DNA from: Mobula birostris | Taxonomy: Eukaryota | Assembly: GCF_030028105.1 (NCBI RefSeq) | Contig: NC_092377.1 | Span: forward strand, 68,540,569 to 68,604,568 | Reading direction: 5' to 3' | Length of the DNA stretch: 64,000 bases | In this document: positions 37,640 through 50,045 of the stretch, one piece after another | Layout: every line of letters begins with the position of its first letter | How positions within the stretch are numbered: the stretch's first letter is position 1 | The notes under the pieces: model-generated | Seen by the model: only the letters and a program-made list of their open reading frames with translations | Databases searched by the model: none | Told to the model about the DNA's origin: nothing | Made by a program: the position numbers and the translations under genes

Positions 37640-37778
37640 GGTGCAGTACCGCCTGACTGGCTCTTGGCGGAGCCGCTGAGCCAATGATCGCAGCGTGTTA
37701 GAGGAGGCGGCGCAACAAGAGCGAAGAGACTGGCGCCTTCTGAAAGGTCAACGCAGGTCAACACGACGTCAGTAGATC
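37640..37778 (+). promoter_or_regulatory. COMMD1 proximal promoter/5' UTR with CCAAT, DR4 and CRE-like motifs
   Basis: CCAAT at 37681-37685, AGGTCAacgcAGGTCA at 37745-37760, cGACGTCA at about 37764-37771, local CpG enrichment. Confidence 0.6.
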
Positions 37779-37949
37779 ATGGCTGATGTGGCCAGTAAGT
37801 CTTTGAGCGGCCTGCTGTTTGGCCTGGTTCAGATCACCTTTTACCGTAACCCTGCCGTTACCGAGCAGATGCTCAAGGATGAACTCTACCCCGAGCTATC
37901 AGAGCAAGATTTCCAAGTTCTGGTGGAGAAAATGAACGGTATCCTACGG
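37779..37949 (+). CDS. COMMD1: COMMD1 coding exon 1; later exons outside window
   Basis: MADVASKSLSGLLFGLVQITFY..EQMLKDELYPELSEQDFQVLVEKMNGILR resembles human KPLSGLLNALAQ..LYPEV..KMRGILK. Donor CGG|GTAGGT, phase 0. Divergent from CCT4 as in other vertebrates. Confidence 0.93.
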
Positions 37950-38289
37950 GTAGGTGAAGAAGGGAGCGCGACCCCATCAACCGCCAACTGCTCTCCAGAG
38001 AACAGCACGCTCCTTTACATCAGCTTTCTCTAATCCGAGAAGTGTGTTTGCTGACTTGTCGTTTGATGTAGTAATGCATTGTGTAATGCATTTGTTGTAC
38101 AGCTTTACTGATATAGTTTGATTGGTGTTCGTTAATTGAATCCTCCAAGACCAGTCATTACCGAGCCAGTAATGTCCTTCAGGAGACCTGTTCAATACCA
38201 GTGTCCCAATCTTTCAGAGCCCTCTGCAATCAGTTCATTCACGAATACTTCTATGTATCTATCAATAATTAAAACAAGAGACTACATTT

Positions 38290-39830
38290 GCCGGAAATCT
38301 GAAAGAAGGAAATTATTGGAAGCACTCGGCAGGTTAGGTCGTGTGTGACAAGAAAGAAATAGATCGAGTGTTGCAGGTCAATGATCTTTGACGAGAGTGG
38401 GAAAATAGGAAACCACATGCATTTTATGTTTTGGAGAGGTCTTGGAGTGGAGAGAGTGAACAAAATGTCTTTGGTGTGCTGTGGAGGGGTGGAATTAAGG
38501 GTCTCTTGCTATTTAATAAATGTGTGCAGTTAGCCATTGAAATACGACAAAATATACTTAATGGAAGTGTTGAAAGTGTTATACATTCAGTAGTTTAGTA
38601 TTTTGTTCTGATCAGGCAGTTCCTGTTGGGGGTTGGGTAGGGGGGTAGTAATCAATACCTCACATTGATGACTGGAACAATTGTACTTAAAATTGCTACT
38701 GAGTTCTCTGGGCTGCTTTATGTCCAGTAGGAAGATGAGTGCCTTATTTTGAGTGTATATTGGACTTTGTTGTGTCAGTATGGAGGCAGAGTCAGAGGTT
38801 AGAGTTGGATGCAGAATTATATTGACAGGAGAGTGGATTTGCAGAGTCAGCTTTGCAGACTGAACAGAGGTGTTTCGCAAAGTGGTCATCCAACCTGCGT
38901 TGGTTTCCTCAGTGTAGCGGAGAGCGCATCCTGAATACAGGATGTGATGCACTAAATCTGTAGAGTGCAGGCGGAAGAACTATTCGAGTCTCAGGAGACT
39001 GAGAAGAGTACTAGAAAAGGTTTCACTTGCTGCTGTGTCATTATGTTAGCAACTACCTCAAGGAAGGGATGGTTGGTAGAGTTGGAAGTGTAAGCCAGGA
39101 AATTGCAAATAGTCCTCTCTCTTCAGAGTGTTAAATGTAAAAAGAAGATGAATCTGGCTGTGGAATCCTGTTGAAGATTGCAGCAATAACTGAGAATGAT
39201 CCTTGGAATGTGAAAGCTAGTGGGATGGAAGATGAGAGCAACAAGAACCCTATTCTGGTTCTCGCTGGGCAGAAAGGGCATGTGGAGGTAGGTGGCTTGT
39301 ATACTCTGGTAGAGGGGAGGCCACGGTTGAGATATTTTGGAGGGACTGTAGTGGTAATCAGAACAAATAACAGATGGAGAAGCTATCCTCAAGATTTTCT
39401 CATCCATATCAGTGTATCCGAGATGTCTTCTCAATGTCTTTAACTGTGGCTTCTCATTGATCAGAAGGCTCTCGTTTCCCACATTTCATCCCTTACCACC
39501 CGTAATCCAAATCAGAACAACTGTTTGTTTGTTCTCCTCGCCTTCCATCCCTTCAGCGTTCATTCAATGAATTATTTGACATAATTATTGCACCCGAACA
39601 TGATATAACCACTAGATACATCTTCTCCCTTCCCTTTCAAAACTCCAAGAGAATTATTACACACACAGTTTCTTCGTTTGCACTGCTAAATGCATTAATC
39701 ATTCCCTTCTTCTGGTCTGTTCCTATGCAGCTGCAAGTGATGTTATCAATTTCCCATTTATTTATGTCCTGGGGGTGAAACAGTGTTTCTGTGGTGAAGC
39801 AATTTCACTGCAGTGCAATCACATCTGAAT
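38290..39830. mobile_element. Highly decayed Penelope-like fragments in both orientations
   Basis: ORF 38587-38952 (-) YSGCALRYTEET..LQIHSPV is a degenerate GIY-YIG. LVALIFHPTS..ILSYCCNLQQD-like pieces also present. Confidence 0.5.
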
Positions 39831-39878
39831 GTTAGAGTAGTGAAAAAAATTGACATTGCAGCTCTGATCCAATTAATA

Positions 39879-41271
39879 CAGTTGCAAGAAAAAGTTCGTG
39901 AACCCTTTGCAATTACTTGGTTTTCTGCTTTAATTACTCATAAAATGTGACCTGATCTTCATCTAAGCCACAATAATAGACAAACACGATCTGTCTAAAC
40001 TAATAACACACTGACAATTGCGCTTTTCCTTTCTTTATTGAACATGTTGTTTAATCGTTCACAGTCCAAGCATGGACAGCCTTCTTCAGGTAATGCCACA
40101 GCATCTCAATTGGGTTAAGGTTTGGACTGTGACTTGGCCATTCCAAAACACAAATTATTGTCATTTTAAACCATAATGTTGTTGATTTACCCTTGTATTT
40201 CAGATCATTGTCTTCTTGTTTCATCCAACTTCTATTAAGCTTCAGGTGACAGTCCACTACCCTGACATTCCCCTGTAAAACGTCTTGATACAATTTGGAA
40301 TTCATTGTTCCCTCCACGGTTGCAAGCTGTCCAGGCCCTGAGGCAGCAAAGCAGCTCCAAACCATGATGCTCCTTCCACCATGCTTCACAGTTGGGGTGA
40401 GGTTTTGTTGTTGGTGTGCAGTGCCCTTTTCCTTCCAAATATAGCGGTATGCATTTCTGCCAAAAAGTTCAACTTTTGTCTCATCAGTCAACAGAACATT
40501 TTCCCAGAGGTGTTGTGGAACATCCAGGTGGTCTTTTACAAACTTGAGAGGTGCAGATTTTTTTTTGGGTTATCAATTGTTTCCTCCATGGTGTCCTTCC
40601 ATGAACTCCATTCCTGATCAGTGTTTTTCTTATAGTGAAAGTTTTGCAGCTCTTTTGCTGTTACCCTTGGGTTCTTTTTCATCTCTCTCAGCATTGTACT
40701 TTGTGCTCTTTGTGTGATCTTCACAGGATGCACATTTTTTGCAAGAGTAGCAATTATTGAATTTCCTCCATTCGTAGATAGTTTCTCATGAACTGATGAT
40801 CACTCAGGTCTTTAGAAATGCTTTTGTAGCCTTTCCCAGCTTCATGCATCTTTACAATTCTTCTAAGGTTGTCTGAAGTTTCTTTTGATCGAGGCACAGT
40901 GCACATAAACAGATCTTTCTTGAGAAGAGCAGGCTCTGTCAGTAACCTGACTTTGTGTGTCTTTTTATAGGGCAGGGCATCTCTACAACCCACACCTCCA
41001 ATCTTATCTGATTGACTGGAACACCTGACTCCAGATAGCTTTTGCAGAAGGCATTACTCCAGAGGTTCACGTACCTTTTTGCCCCTAGACTGTGAATGTT
41101 TAAATGGTGTACTCAGTATTGATGAGAAGAAGGACATTGTTTGTGTGTTATTAGTTTAGTCAGATTGTGTTTGTCTATTATTGTGATTTGGATGAAGATC
41201 AGACTACATTTTCTGAGTAATGCAGAAAACCAGGTAATTGCAAAGGGTTCAGAAACTTTTACTTGCAACTA
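39879..41271 (-). mobile_element. Tc1 DNA transposon (family B), near full length, disrupted
   Basis: TA|cagttgcaagaaaaagt ... acttttacttgcaacta|TA with long inverted repeats. DDE region TDETKVELFG..KHGGRSIMVW..EDNDLKY..WPSHSPNLNPIEMLW. Stray terminal-repeat fragment at about 41302-41340. Confidence 0.93.
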
Positions 41272-42294
41272 TATTTGATATAATTGGTATAACTCCATAA
41301 AATACAGGTGGAAGAAAAAGTTTGTGTACCCTTTGCAGAATTTTCTACTCCCTACAGAATTTTCTACTTCCTCCTTTGACTGTACACCAAAGTTCATGTG
41401 TTCCTCAATATTTCCTTGGTCCTGAACATTCATTTTGTGTGTCAGACTCATATTAGTCATTCTGAAGTGCATTATTCAGGGAGTTTTGTATTTGGATTTA
41501 CAACAGAAAAGAATGATTGAGGGTAATTTTCATGTCAGGATGGCGAATTGCAGGGGAGTAGTCCTGTTGTCAGCTGCTCTTATTATTGATTCTAGAGGTT
41601 GCAGTTTTAGAATGAGTGAATGCACTGTTTTTATAGACCATGTGTACAGACGAGGTGGACAAGGTACACTAGCACAGATAAATCTGTATGTGTAAGTTAT
41701 TAGATTGGATACATGTCAACAAGATTACTTTATCTTGTAAGGGATTGCGCCCCTTAAGAACCTATGGAGCTGCACTCAATCAGGTAAGTGGGCAGCATTC
41801 TGGCTGAAAATCAATTCATCCTTTGTTTGAAAGATTGGATTTGTGGAAACGAGCCCCAGATTTTTCATTGCAAATTTCCAGCCTGTGGCTTGACCTTATC
41901 TTGCAGTAATATTCATGTGCCTGTACCAATTGAGTAGGTCATTGATGTTCCAAGTATGCTTACGGTGATGCTGTGCGAGGAAGTTCAGAGATGATAATGG
42001 TGATGAATGTTAAATCTGTGTGGCTAGATTACACCTGTTGGCACTTTTTGTTGTGAATGTTATTTGCTTGTTATCACCTTGCGCCTGTTACTTGCAATAA
42101 TGGTTTTGGCTGAGAGGTTTGAACTTAGTGTGATCATCAGCTGACAATCAACTTATGACACAATGGAAGGTAGTTCACTGAAGAAACTGGAGGTGAATGG
42201 GCCTTGGGTATAGGTGAATGAATTGTTCAGCACATTGTCTTAGGGCTGAGGTGGCTGATTTCCAAAGAGCACAACCATTTTATTTTGTGTAGGG

Positions 42295-42374
42295 CAGAGG
42301 TTCCTAACCTGGGGCCCACCAATCCCTTGATTTTTAGTATTGGTCCATGGAAAAATAAAGTTGGGGAACCCTTG
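42295..42374. mobile_element. About 75-bp hAT-like MITE, copy 3
   Basis: cagaggttcctaacct...gttggggaacccttg with gtgtaggg repeated on both sides. Confidence 0.65.
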
Positions 42375-43409
42375 TGTAGGGAATGGTTCTAGTTCATTTT
42401 TCACCCTTCATTCTTACTGAGCAGTTTTACCAGACTTGTTGATGCTAAGGGGAAAAGTTCATACCTCCATTGGAATTGAGCTATTTTATTCATATTTTAA
42501 CCAAGATTGGAATGTGTGGCTGCCAGAACCACAGATGCCTTTTCATAAATATCACTTATGACATTATTGCTGATACTTTTATATCATTGAGCTAAAATCT
42601 CCAACTTGTGGTCCCCACTTGGTTCACTGCTTTGATTTTTTTTCTTGGACACCTCGATTATCGTGCCTGGTCAAATGCTTGTTTGGTTTAGGGCAGACAT
42701 TCTCTCCTTTCTTGTGGATTTCAGCTCTTGTTCTTGAGCAAGTCTGTAATGAGACGCGAGTGTGAGTCGTTGAGTAATACAGCAGAGAGATGGGCCCTTT
42801 GGCTGAACTGGTCCATGCCAGTTCTGCTGGTCCCAGTTGCCCACGTTTATCCCATAACCTCTGAGCCCCTCCCCTCATGTACTTATTCAAATGCCTTTTA
42901 GATGTTGCAATTTTCCCTGTCTTGACCATTTTCTTGGGCAGTTCATTCCAAGAACTCACTGTCCTCTGTGTAAACAAGTTACTTGTTGGGTAACACACAC
43001 AATGCAGGAGGAACTCAGCAGGTCAAGCAGTATTCATGGAAAAGAGTAAACAGTTGACGTTTTAGGAAACTGTCAAGGGTTTATTCAAACTAATTCTTGT
43101 ATATGGCAAATACTTTAACATGATCATTGCAATTTACTTAATAACATCCATTAACACATTTTCAAGCATTCAAATTCTGTACATCATACATCTTGAATGT
43201 GGAAATTTTAATTTTATTTCCAATATTAAATATTTCCCTCCTTCCCTTTTTTCCATGAAGAAGCTGAGAGGGTTCATTGACTTGTCATTTCTATCTGTAG
43301 ATTTCAAATGATTCAGACTTGATTTTGGCACTTAGCCTCACTTTTGCCAGTGTTATAAGGACATTGTGATGATGTCCTCTAGTTAGCTATTTAATTGTTC
43401 AACACAACT

Positions 43410-46197
43410 GTCATCGTTATATTTCAATGGATGATCTTGTTGCACTGTTACAGATTGTCAGGTATGATGTTGTGGCCATTGCTGAATCATGGCTGAAGGA
43501 TAATAGTAGTTGGGAGTTGAATGTCCAAGGTTACATGTTGTATCAGAGGAATAGGAAGGTAGGCAGAGGGGGTGGTGTGGTTTTGCTGGTAAAGAATGGC
43601 ATCAAATCAGTAGAAAGATGTGACACAGGATTAGAAGATGTTGAATCCTTGTGGATTGAGTTAAGGAAGTGTAAGGGTAAAAGAGTCTTTTTGGCAGTGA
43701 TATACAGGCCTCCCAATAATAGCTGGAATGTGGACTACAGATTACAATGGGAAGTAGAAAAGGAATTCAAAAGGGAATGTTATGATAGTCATGGGAGATT
43801 TCAAAATGCAGGTTGATTGGGGAAAATCAGGTTAGCAGTGGATCTCGAAGGTGAGTTGTTGAATGCCTACAACTTGGCTTTTTAAAGCAGTTTGTTGTGA
43901 GCCTACTAGGGGATCAGCTATACTGTATTGGGTGTTGTGAAATGAACTGGAGGTGATTAGGGAGCTTAAGGTAAAAGAACCCTTAGGAGGCAGTGATTAC
44001 AATATGATTGAGTTCAACTTGAAATATGATACAGAGAAAGTGAAGTCTGACATAGCAGTATTTCAGTGGAGTGAAGGAAGTTATGGTGGTATGAGAGAGG
44101 AGTTGGCCAAAGTAATTGGAAAGAGATGCTGCCAAGGATGAACGCAGAGCAGCAATGGTGTGAGTTTCTAGGAAAAATGAGGAAGGTGCAGGATAAATGT
44201 ATTCCAAAAATGAAGAAGTTCTCAAATGGCAAAATATTACAACCATGGGAAGTCAAAGCTAATGTAAAAGCAAAAGAGAGGGCATACAAAAAAGCAAAAA
44301 TTAGCAGGAAAATAAAGGATTGGGAAGCTTTTAAAAACCTACAGAGAGCAACTGGAGGAATCATTAGGAGGGAAAAGTTGAAATATGAAAGCAAGCTGGC
44401 AAACAATATCGAAGTGGGTAGTGAAAGCTTTTTTAGTATGTTTAAAAAAAAAAGAGATGAGAGTGGATATAGGACCACCAGAAAATGAGGCCAGAGAAAT
44501 AATAATGGGGACCAAGGAAACGGCAGATGAGTATTTTGGATCAGTCTTCTCTGTGGAAAACACTAGAAGTGTGCCAGATGTTGGAAAGTGTGAGGGAAGA
44601 GAAGTGAGTGCAGTTACTATTACAAGAGAGAAGGTGCTCAAAAAGCTGAAAGACCTCAGGGTACGTAAGTCACCTGGACCAGATGAACTACACCTTAGGC
44701 TTTTGAAAGAGGTAGCGGTTGAGATTGTGGAGGCATGAGTAATGATCTTTCAAAAATCATTGGACTCTGGCATAGTGCCAGAGGACTGGAATATTTCAAA
44801 TGTCATTCCACTCTTTAAGAAAGGAGGGAGGCAGCAGAAAGGAAATTATAGACCAGTGAGTCTGATCTCAGTGGTTGGGAAAATGTTGGAGTGAATTGTG
44901 AAGGATGAAGTGATGGAGTACTTGTTGACACAGGGCAAGATAGGACAAAGTCAGCATGGTTTCCTTAAGGGAAAATCTTGCCTGACGAACCTGTTGGAAT
45001 TCTTTGAAGAGAATACAAGTAGGATAGATAAAGGGGATGCAGTGGATGTTGTATATTTGGACTTTCAGAAGGCCTGTGACAAGGAACCACACATGAGGCT
45101 GCTTACCAAATTTAGAGGCAATGGTATTACTGGAAAGTTACTGGCATGTTTAGAGCATTGGCTGATTGGGAGGAGGCAGCGAGTGGGAATAAAAGGATTG
45201 TTTTCTGGTTGGCTGCCAGTGACTAGTGGTGTTCCGCAGGAGTCGGTGTTGGTACCACTTCTTTTCATGCTGTATATCAATGATTTAGATGATGGAATAG
45301 ATGGCTTTGTTGCCAGTTGTGCAGATTATACAAAGATTGGTGGAGGGGCAGGTAATGTTGGGGAAGCAGGCTGCAGAAGGACAGACAATTTAGGAGAATG
45401 GGCAAGAAAATGGCAATTGAAATACAACGTTGGAAAATGCATGGTTATGCACTTTGGTAGTAGAAATAAATGTGCAAACTATTTTCTAAACAGAGAAAAT
45501 CCAAAAACCTGAGATGCAAACAGAGCACCCTAAAGGTTAACTTGTAGGTAGAGTCAGTGGTGAGGAAGGCAAATGCAATGTTAATATTAATTTCAAGAGG
45601 TCTAGAATACAAAAGCAGGGATGTGATGCTGAAGCTTTATAAAGAATTGGTGAGGCCTCACCTTGAATATTGTGAACATTTTTGGGCTCCTCATCTAAGA
45701 AAAGATGTGCTAACAATGGAGAAGTTTCAGAGAAGGTTCACAAAGATGATTCTAGGAATGAAAGGGTTATCATACGAGGAACATCTGTTAGCTCCGGGTC
45801 TGTACTTGTTAAAATTTAGAATGATGAGTGGAAACTATCAGTGAAAGCTATCAAATGACTTAGACAGAGTAGATGGAGAAAGGATGTTTCCCATGGTGGG
45901 AGAGTCTAGGACAAGAGGGCACAGTGTTAGGGTAGAGGGGTGTCCATTTAAAACAGATGCAGATAAATTTCTTTAGCCTGCAGGTGGTGAATTTCTGGAA
46001 TTTGTTGCCACAGGCAGCTGTGGAGGCCAGATCGTTGGGTGCATTTAAGACCGAGCTTGATAGGTTCTTGATTGGACATGGCATCAAAGGTTATGGGGAG
46101 AAGGTTGAGGAGGGGAAAAAGGATCAACCTTGACTGAATGGCAGAGCAGACTCGATGGGCCAAATGGCCTAATTCTGCTTCTGTGTCTTATGATCTT
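43410..46197 (+). mobile_element. CR1 LINE, most of ORF2 (APE endonuclease plus RT), frameshifted
   Basis: YDVVAIAESWL, GGGVVLLVK, VIYRPP, QHGFLKGKSCLTNLLEFFE, VYLDFQKA, GVPQESVL, and a CR1-type 3' end. Confidence 0.94.
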
Positions 46198-46365
46198 GAT
46201 AGTTGGGCAGGGCAGGTGTATGCAGAGTATCTAATCTTAATTTCAGGAAAATTAATTGCTACAAAACTTAATAGTAAGATTTCTTTTGTTTATATTTCAG
46301 ATTTTTATTTTGCATATTCTTCTAAATAGGAACTGCTATCAGGAGAAATAAAACAAGCAGCTGAT

Positions 46366-49311
46366 TGTTATGGCTTGTCATAACGATCAGCACCTTGTGG
46401 TCAGCTGACTTTCACTGATTCCTCGTTGTTCAGATCAAGAGCTCAATTGTTCTGGGGTAAAGTGTTTAAGTAGTCATACTGGGAAGTGAGAGTTTGGGTT
46501 GAGTTTTGAGTCTGGTGTAGTCTTCCAGAATTAAGGGTTATTTCAATCTCTAGCTTGTTCTATTGTCTGGCTTCAGGTCTCATCAGTAGGTATAGGCGAG
46601 TGAACACACCAAATTGGTAACAAGGTGCTGTATTATATCAACTTGGCAATTTCAGCAAAAGACTTGCACGTAATCCTGTAACAGAAGCAAGCTCAATTGA
46701 GGCTGCTAAGCTGAAGTTAATTAAAATGCTAACCAGCAGGTTGTCAGTGAGTTCAACTACATCAGTGTCAAACACTGAACAGGACTCATTTGAGTCGATT
46801 GTTGTGTACATTTCCAATTTACAGTTCGATGCTGCTTCGGAAGTTGTGTTTGAATTATGGTTTTAGCACTATGAAGATGTATTCTGTGTCCAGTTTGCCA
46901 GTAAAGTCGACTCCTGGAAAACATGCCCTTTGCTCTGAAGTGTTGGGTACTGCTGAACATGAATGCCATTTCAACTTCATTCTATTTAAGAACCTGTGGG
47001 ACTTAGCATTTGATGAAACTGACCAACAGCTAACAAGCATTTTTGGAGAGCAGCCATCTCTCATCAGTATAGGCTACCATTGTCTAAAACTTGATAAACA
47101 AGATGCCATTGACTTTATTACATGCACCAGTATTGTCAATCACAAATGTGAAAAGTTCAAGCTGGGTAACATGACTGAATTACTGTTCAAATGTCTGATT
47201 TTTTTTTTGTTTGTGCACTTAAAACACCTGCTGAGGCAGATATACATAAACTGCTCCTGGCCACACTGGAGCACAGCATTGATAAGATGCTATGAGCTGT
47301 TACTCAAGAATGTCAGCATTTGATCAACCTGAAACTCTATTCCAACAGACTAAGGTCAATGCAGTGTCTAGTTGCCCAGACATCATCACTCACCAGATCT
47401 ACAAGTGGCCAAACACAGCCTATTGGAACCGTGGTGCTTTGTATTATGCAAGAAAATGCAAATACAAGAAACACATTTGCAGTAAATGCCATTGCCATGG
47501 TCACAAAAAAGGCTTTTGCCATCCTTCACTGTGTTCAAGGCCAGTGCAGCAGAGAAGTCTATGGATAAATTGAGATGGAAGCCTTGGAAGTCATCTTTGC
47601 TGTGAAGAAGTTCAACAAGATGCTTAATGACAGACACTTCACCCTCACTGATCTCAAACCTGTGATGTTCATCTTCAGGTCAAAGAAAGCCATGCCAGTG
47701 TGTACAGCCAACTGTTGCAAAGGTGAGCAATGATATTATTTGCCTATGATTTTTAAATCAAATACACAACATTCCAGAAACTTGGTCAGGCAGATGACCT
47801 CTCCAGACTTGGGAACCAGCAGGTTACTGAAATTGAAGATGTTGCTGTGATTTCAATTGATTGAGGTCCTCCAGGTTGTTTCAGATGCTGCTGAAGGTCT
47901 TCCAGTCACAGGCAATAAAATCAGAGCAGAAACAGCTGCAGATCCTCTTCTTCAAAGTATCTCCAGATGCCTCATTAATGGATGGGCAGGCAAGGTTGAG
48001 GATGATGTTGTACCCTTCTGTCGCCGTCATGCATTGCTCTCTACTGTGGACTCTTGCCTAATGTTTGAAGAAAGAATAGCAATTCCACAAATACTTCAGA
48101 GTAAAAAAGTATGAAAACAATTCCACCGTGGTCAGCCAGGCATCAGAAGCTTTGTGTACTGGCCTAGTATAGACAAAGATACTACACCCATATGCAGGCA
48201 GTGTACTCAGTGCTCTGTGGCAGCAAAGAATCCAAGTAGAGCCAATCCACAACCATGGCCAAGGGGTACCAGACCTTGGAGTTGAGTGCATAATGACTTT
48301 GCTGGCCCAATCAACAGGTGTACCTACCCTGTCCCGGTTGAAACCTATTCCAAATGGCCAGAAGTACTATCTATCAAGTCAACAAATGACAGAGGCCACC
48401 ACTCAACAGCTGCTGCAGATCTTCAGCCACTTCGGGATGCTAGAAACAGTTGTTTCTAGCACTGGCACTCAATTTAGTTCACAGCAGTTTGCTGCAGTCT
48501 ACCAGAACACTGAAATTGTCCACATCTGCTCTCTCCCCGCCCCCCCCCCATATCATCCACAGTCTAACGGAGAGGTCTTGTGGTTACCTTCAAACTATTG
48601 CTTTTAAATCAAAGGGAAGGAGCATCGTCTGAGGCTCTCAACCCATTCCTACTGACAAATCAAACAACACCGCATCTGGGCCTTGAGGGGAAGTCTCCAG
48701 CTGAAGTGCTTTTGAGAAGAAGACTGCACAGTGTTGTTGTGGTACTGCTCTATGAAGTTATCATAGACAAATGTCACTGGTGACACCACATCAACCAGTT
48801 GTGGCCGCGTTCTCCCAAAAGCACCACAAGTTTGTTGGGCAGATGTTCAAACACAGAGCTGGACCTTCAACTCCTCCTGGAAGGGGTCAAATTACCCAAA
48901 CCAAACCTATCACCAGCGGTAAGCAATATCACAAGAAAGTGAGAGCCTGTAACTGCTAAGGAGGACTAATTTTCAGCATAAACGGGTCGTTTCATTCCAA
49001 GTCAACCCTTGGCTCAAATCTTACAAGTCATCATCTTCAAGAGGGAGGTGTTATGATGAGCCAAAACAATCATACCTAACAGCCAGCGGAAACCAATCCC
49101 AGGCTGACTTCCACTGGTTGTTGTTCCAGTCAAGGACTCGATTGTCTTGGATAAACCATTTAAATAGTCATTCTGCTGAGTGTGATTTTGGGTTGAGTTT
49201 TGAGACTAGTTTAGTTTTACTGAGCAAAGGGTCATTCATTTTGAATTCTATACATTTCTATTGTCTGTCTTTGAGTCTCATCAGTTGTTTAAGGCAAACG
49301 AACATGTCAAC
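46366..49311 (+). mobile_element. Gypsy LTR retrotransposon with both LTRs, internally deleted and decayed
   Basis: LTRs at about 46366-46612 and 49049-49311 both begin TGTTATG and share ttttgag(t/a)ct, tctattgtctg and gtctcatcagt. PBS-like ttggtaacaagg, PPT aagagggagg. Gag Zn knuckles, RNase H (AVKKFNKML..RHFTL) and integrase (HNDFAGP, PYHPQSNG) remnants. Confidence 0.88.
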
Positions 49312-49726
49312 GATGTAACAGTTTGGTGTTTTAATGACTGTATCATGTCCTGTTGAATTGGTTCTGCTCAAATATGGCATTTTATTTCTTTGCGTCTAGT
49401 TTACAACATGCACTTGACTGATTCAGTTGCACTTGAAGGAACATGAAATCAGAGCTAGTTCTTGTGTTAATGACACAACTAGGTGCAGAAATAAGCACCA
49501 GTTCTTTCAGTAATTTCAGTCCTTACTTGCTGCAACACTATATTGCCACCAGAGGTTCCCCATGTGCTTTGTAACAACGGCTGGAGTATTAATGCATTAT
49601 CTCTCATTGTAATTTACAACCACCCAAATACAGGCGTTTTAGCATTAGAATACTTTTTGTGATTACTTTCCACTTAATTTTAAATTGTACTACCTTGTAT
49701 CAGTGACAAATTGTAAACCGAAATTT

Positions 49727-50045
49727 TTGAAGATGCGGGTGAGGGGTCATTCCCTCCAACAAGCAATCAGGTCCTTGTCAAATGCAGCAGAAGAAAACAG
49801 CAATTGGATTTGGATTAAAAGGAAAGACAACAACTGGGCTGCAAGATGAAGACAGGAGGGTATGGAACTGAGGGGTGTGTATCTGGGAGGCCAGATAGCA
49901 CCTTTGAGCCCTCTGGAGACGTCGCGGGCTTATCAACGAAATGTCAAAGAAGGAGGGTGCCCACCTGATGACCCCGATGACGTACCTACCCTCCCTCCTT
50001 GTCACCACTCCAAGCCCACTGCCAACATCAAGAGTGCCGACTTAC
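49727..50045 (+). mobile_element. 3' end of a HERO-like (restriction-like endonuclease) non-LTR retrotransposon
   Basis: 49733-49849 reads MRVRGHSLQQAIRSLSNAAEENSNWIWIKRKDNNWAAR*, fitting the recalled C-terminal pattern G..L..AI..LS.AAE..S.W.W.KR. Followed by a GC-rich structured UTR. Confidence 0.68.
49908..49980 (+). ncRNA. Candidate permuted (pseudoknotted) hammerhead-like RNA
   Basis: GACG-TC 49918-49923 pairs with GAA-ATGTC 49938-49945. gcgggc 49924-49929 pairs with gcccac 49959-49964, immediately before CTGATGA 49965-49971. Confidence 0.55.
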
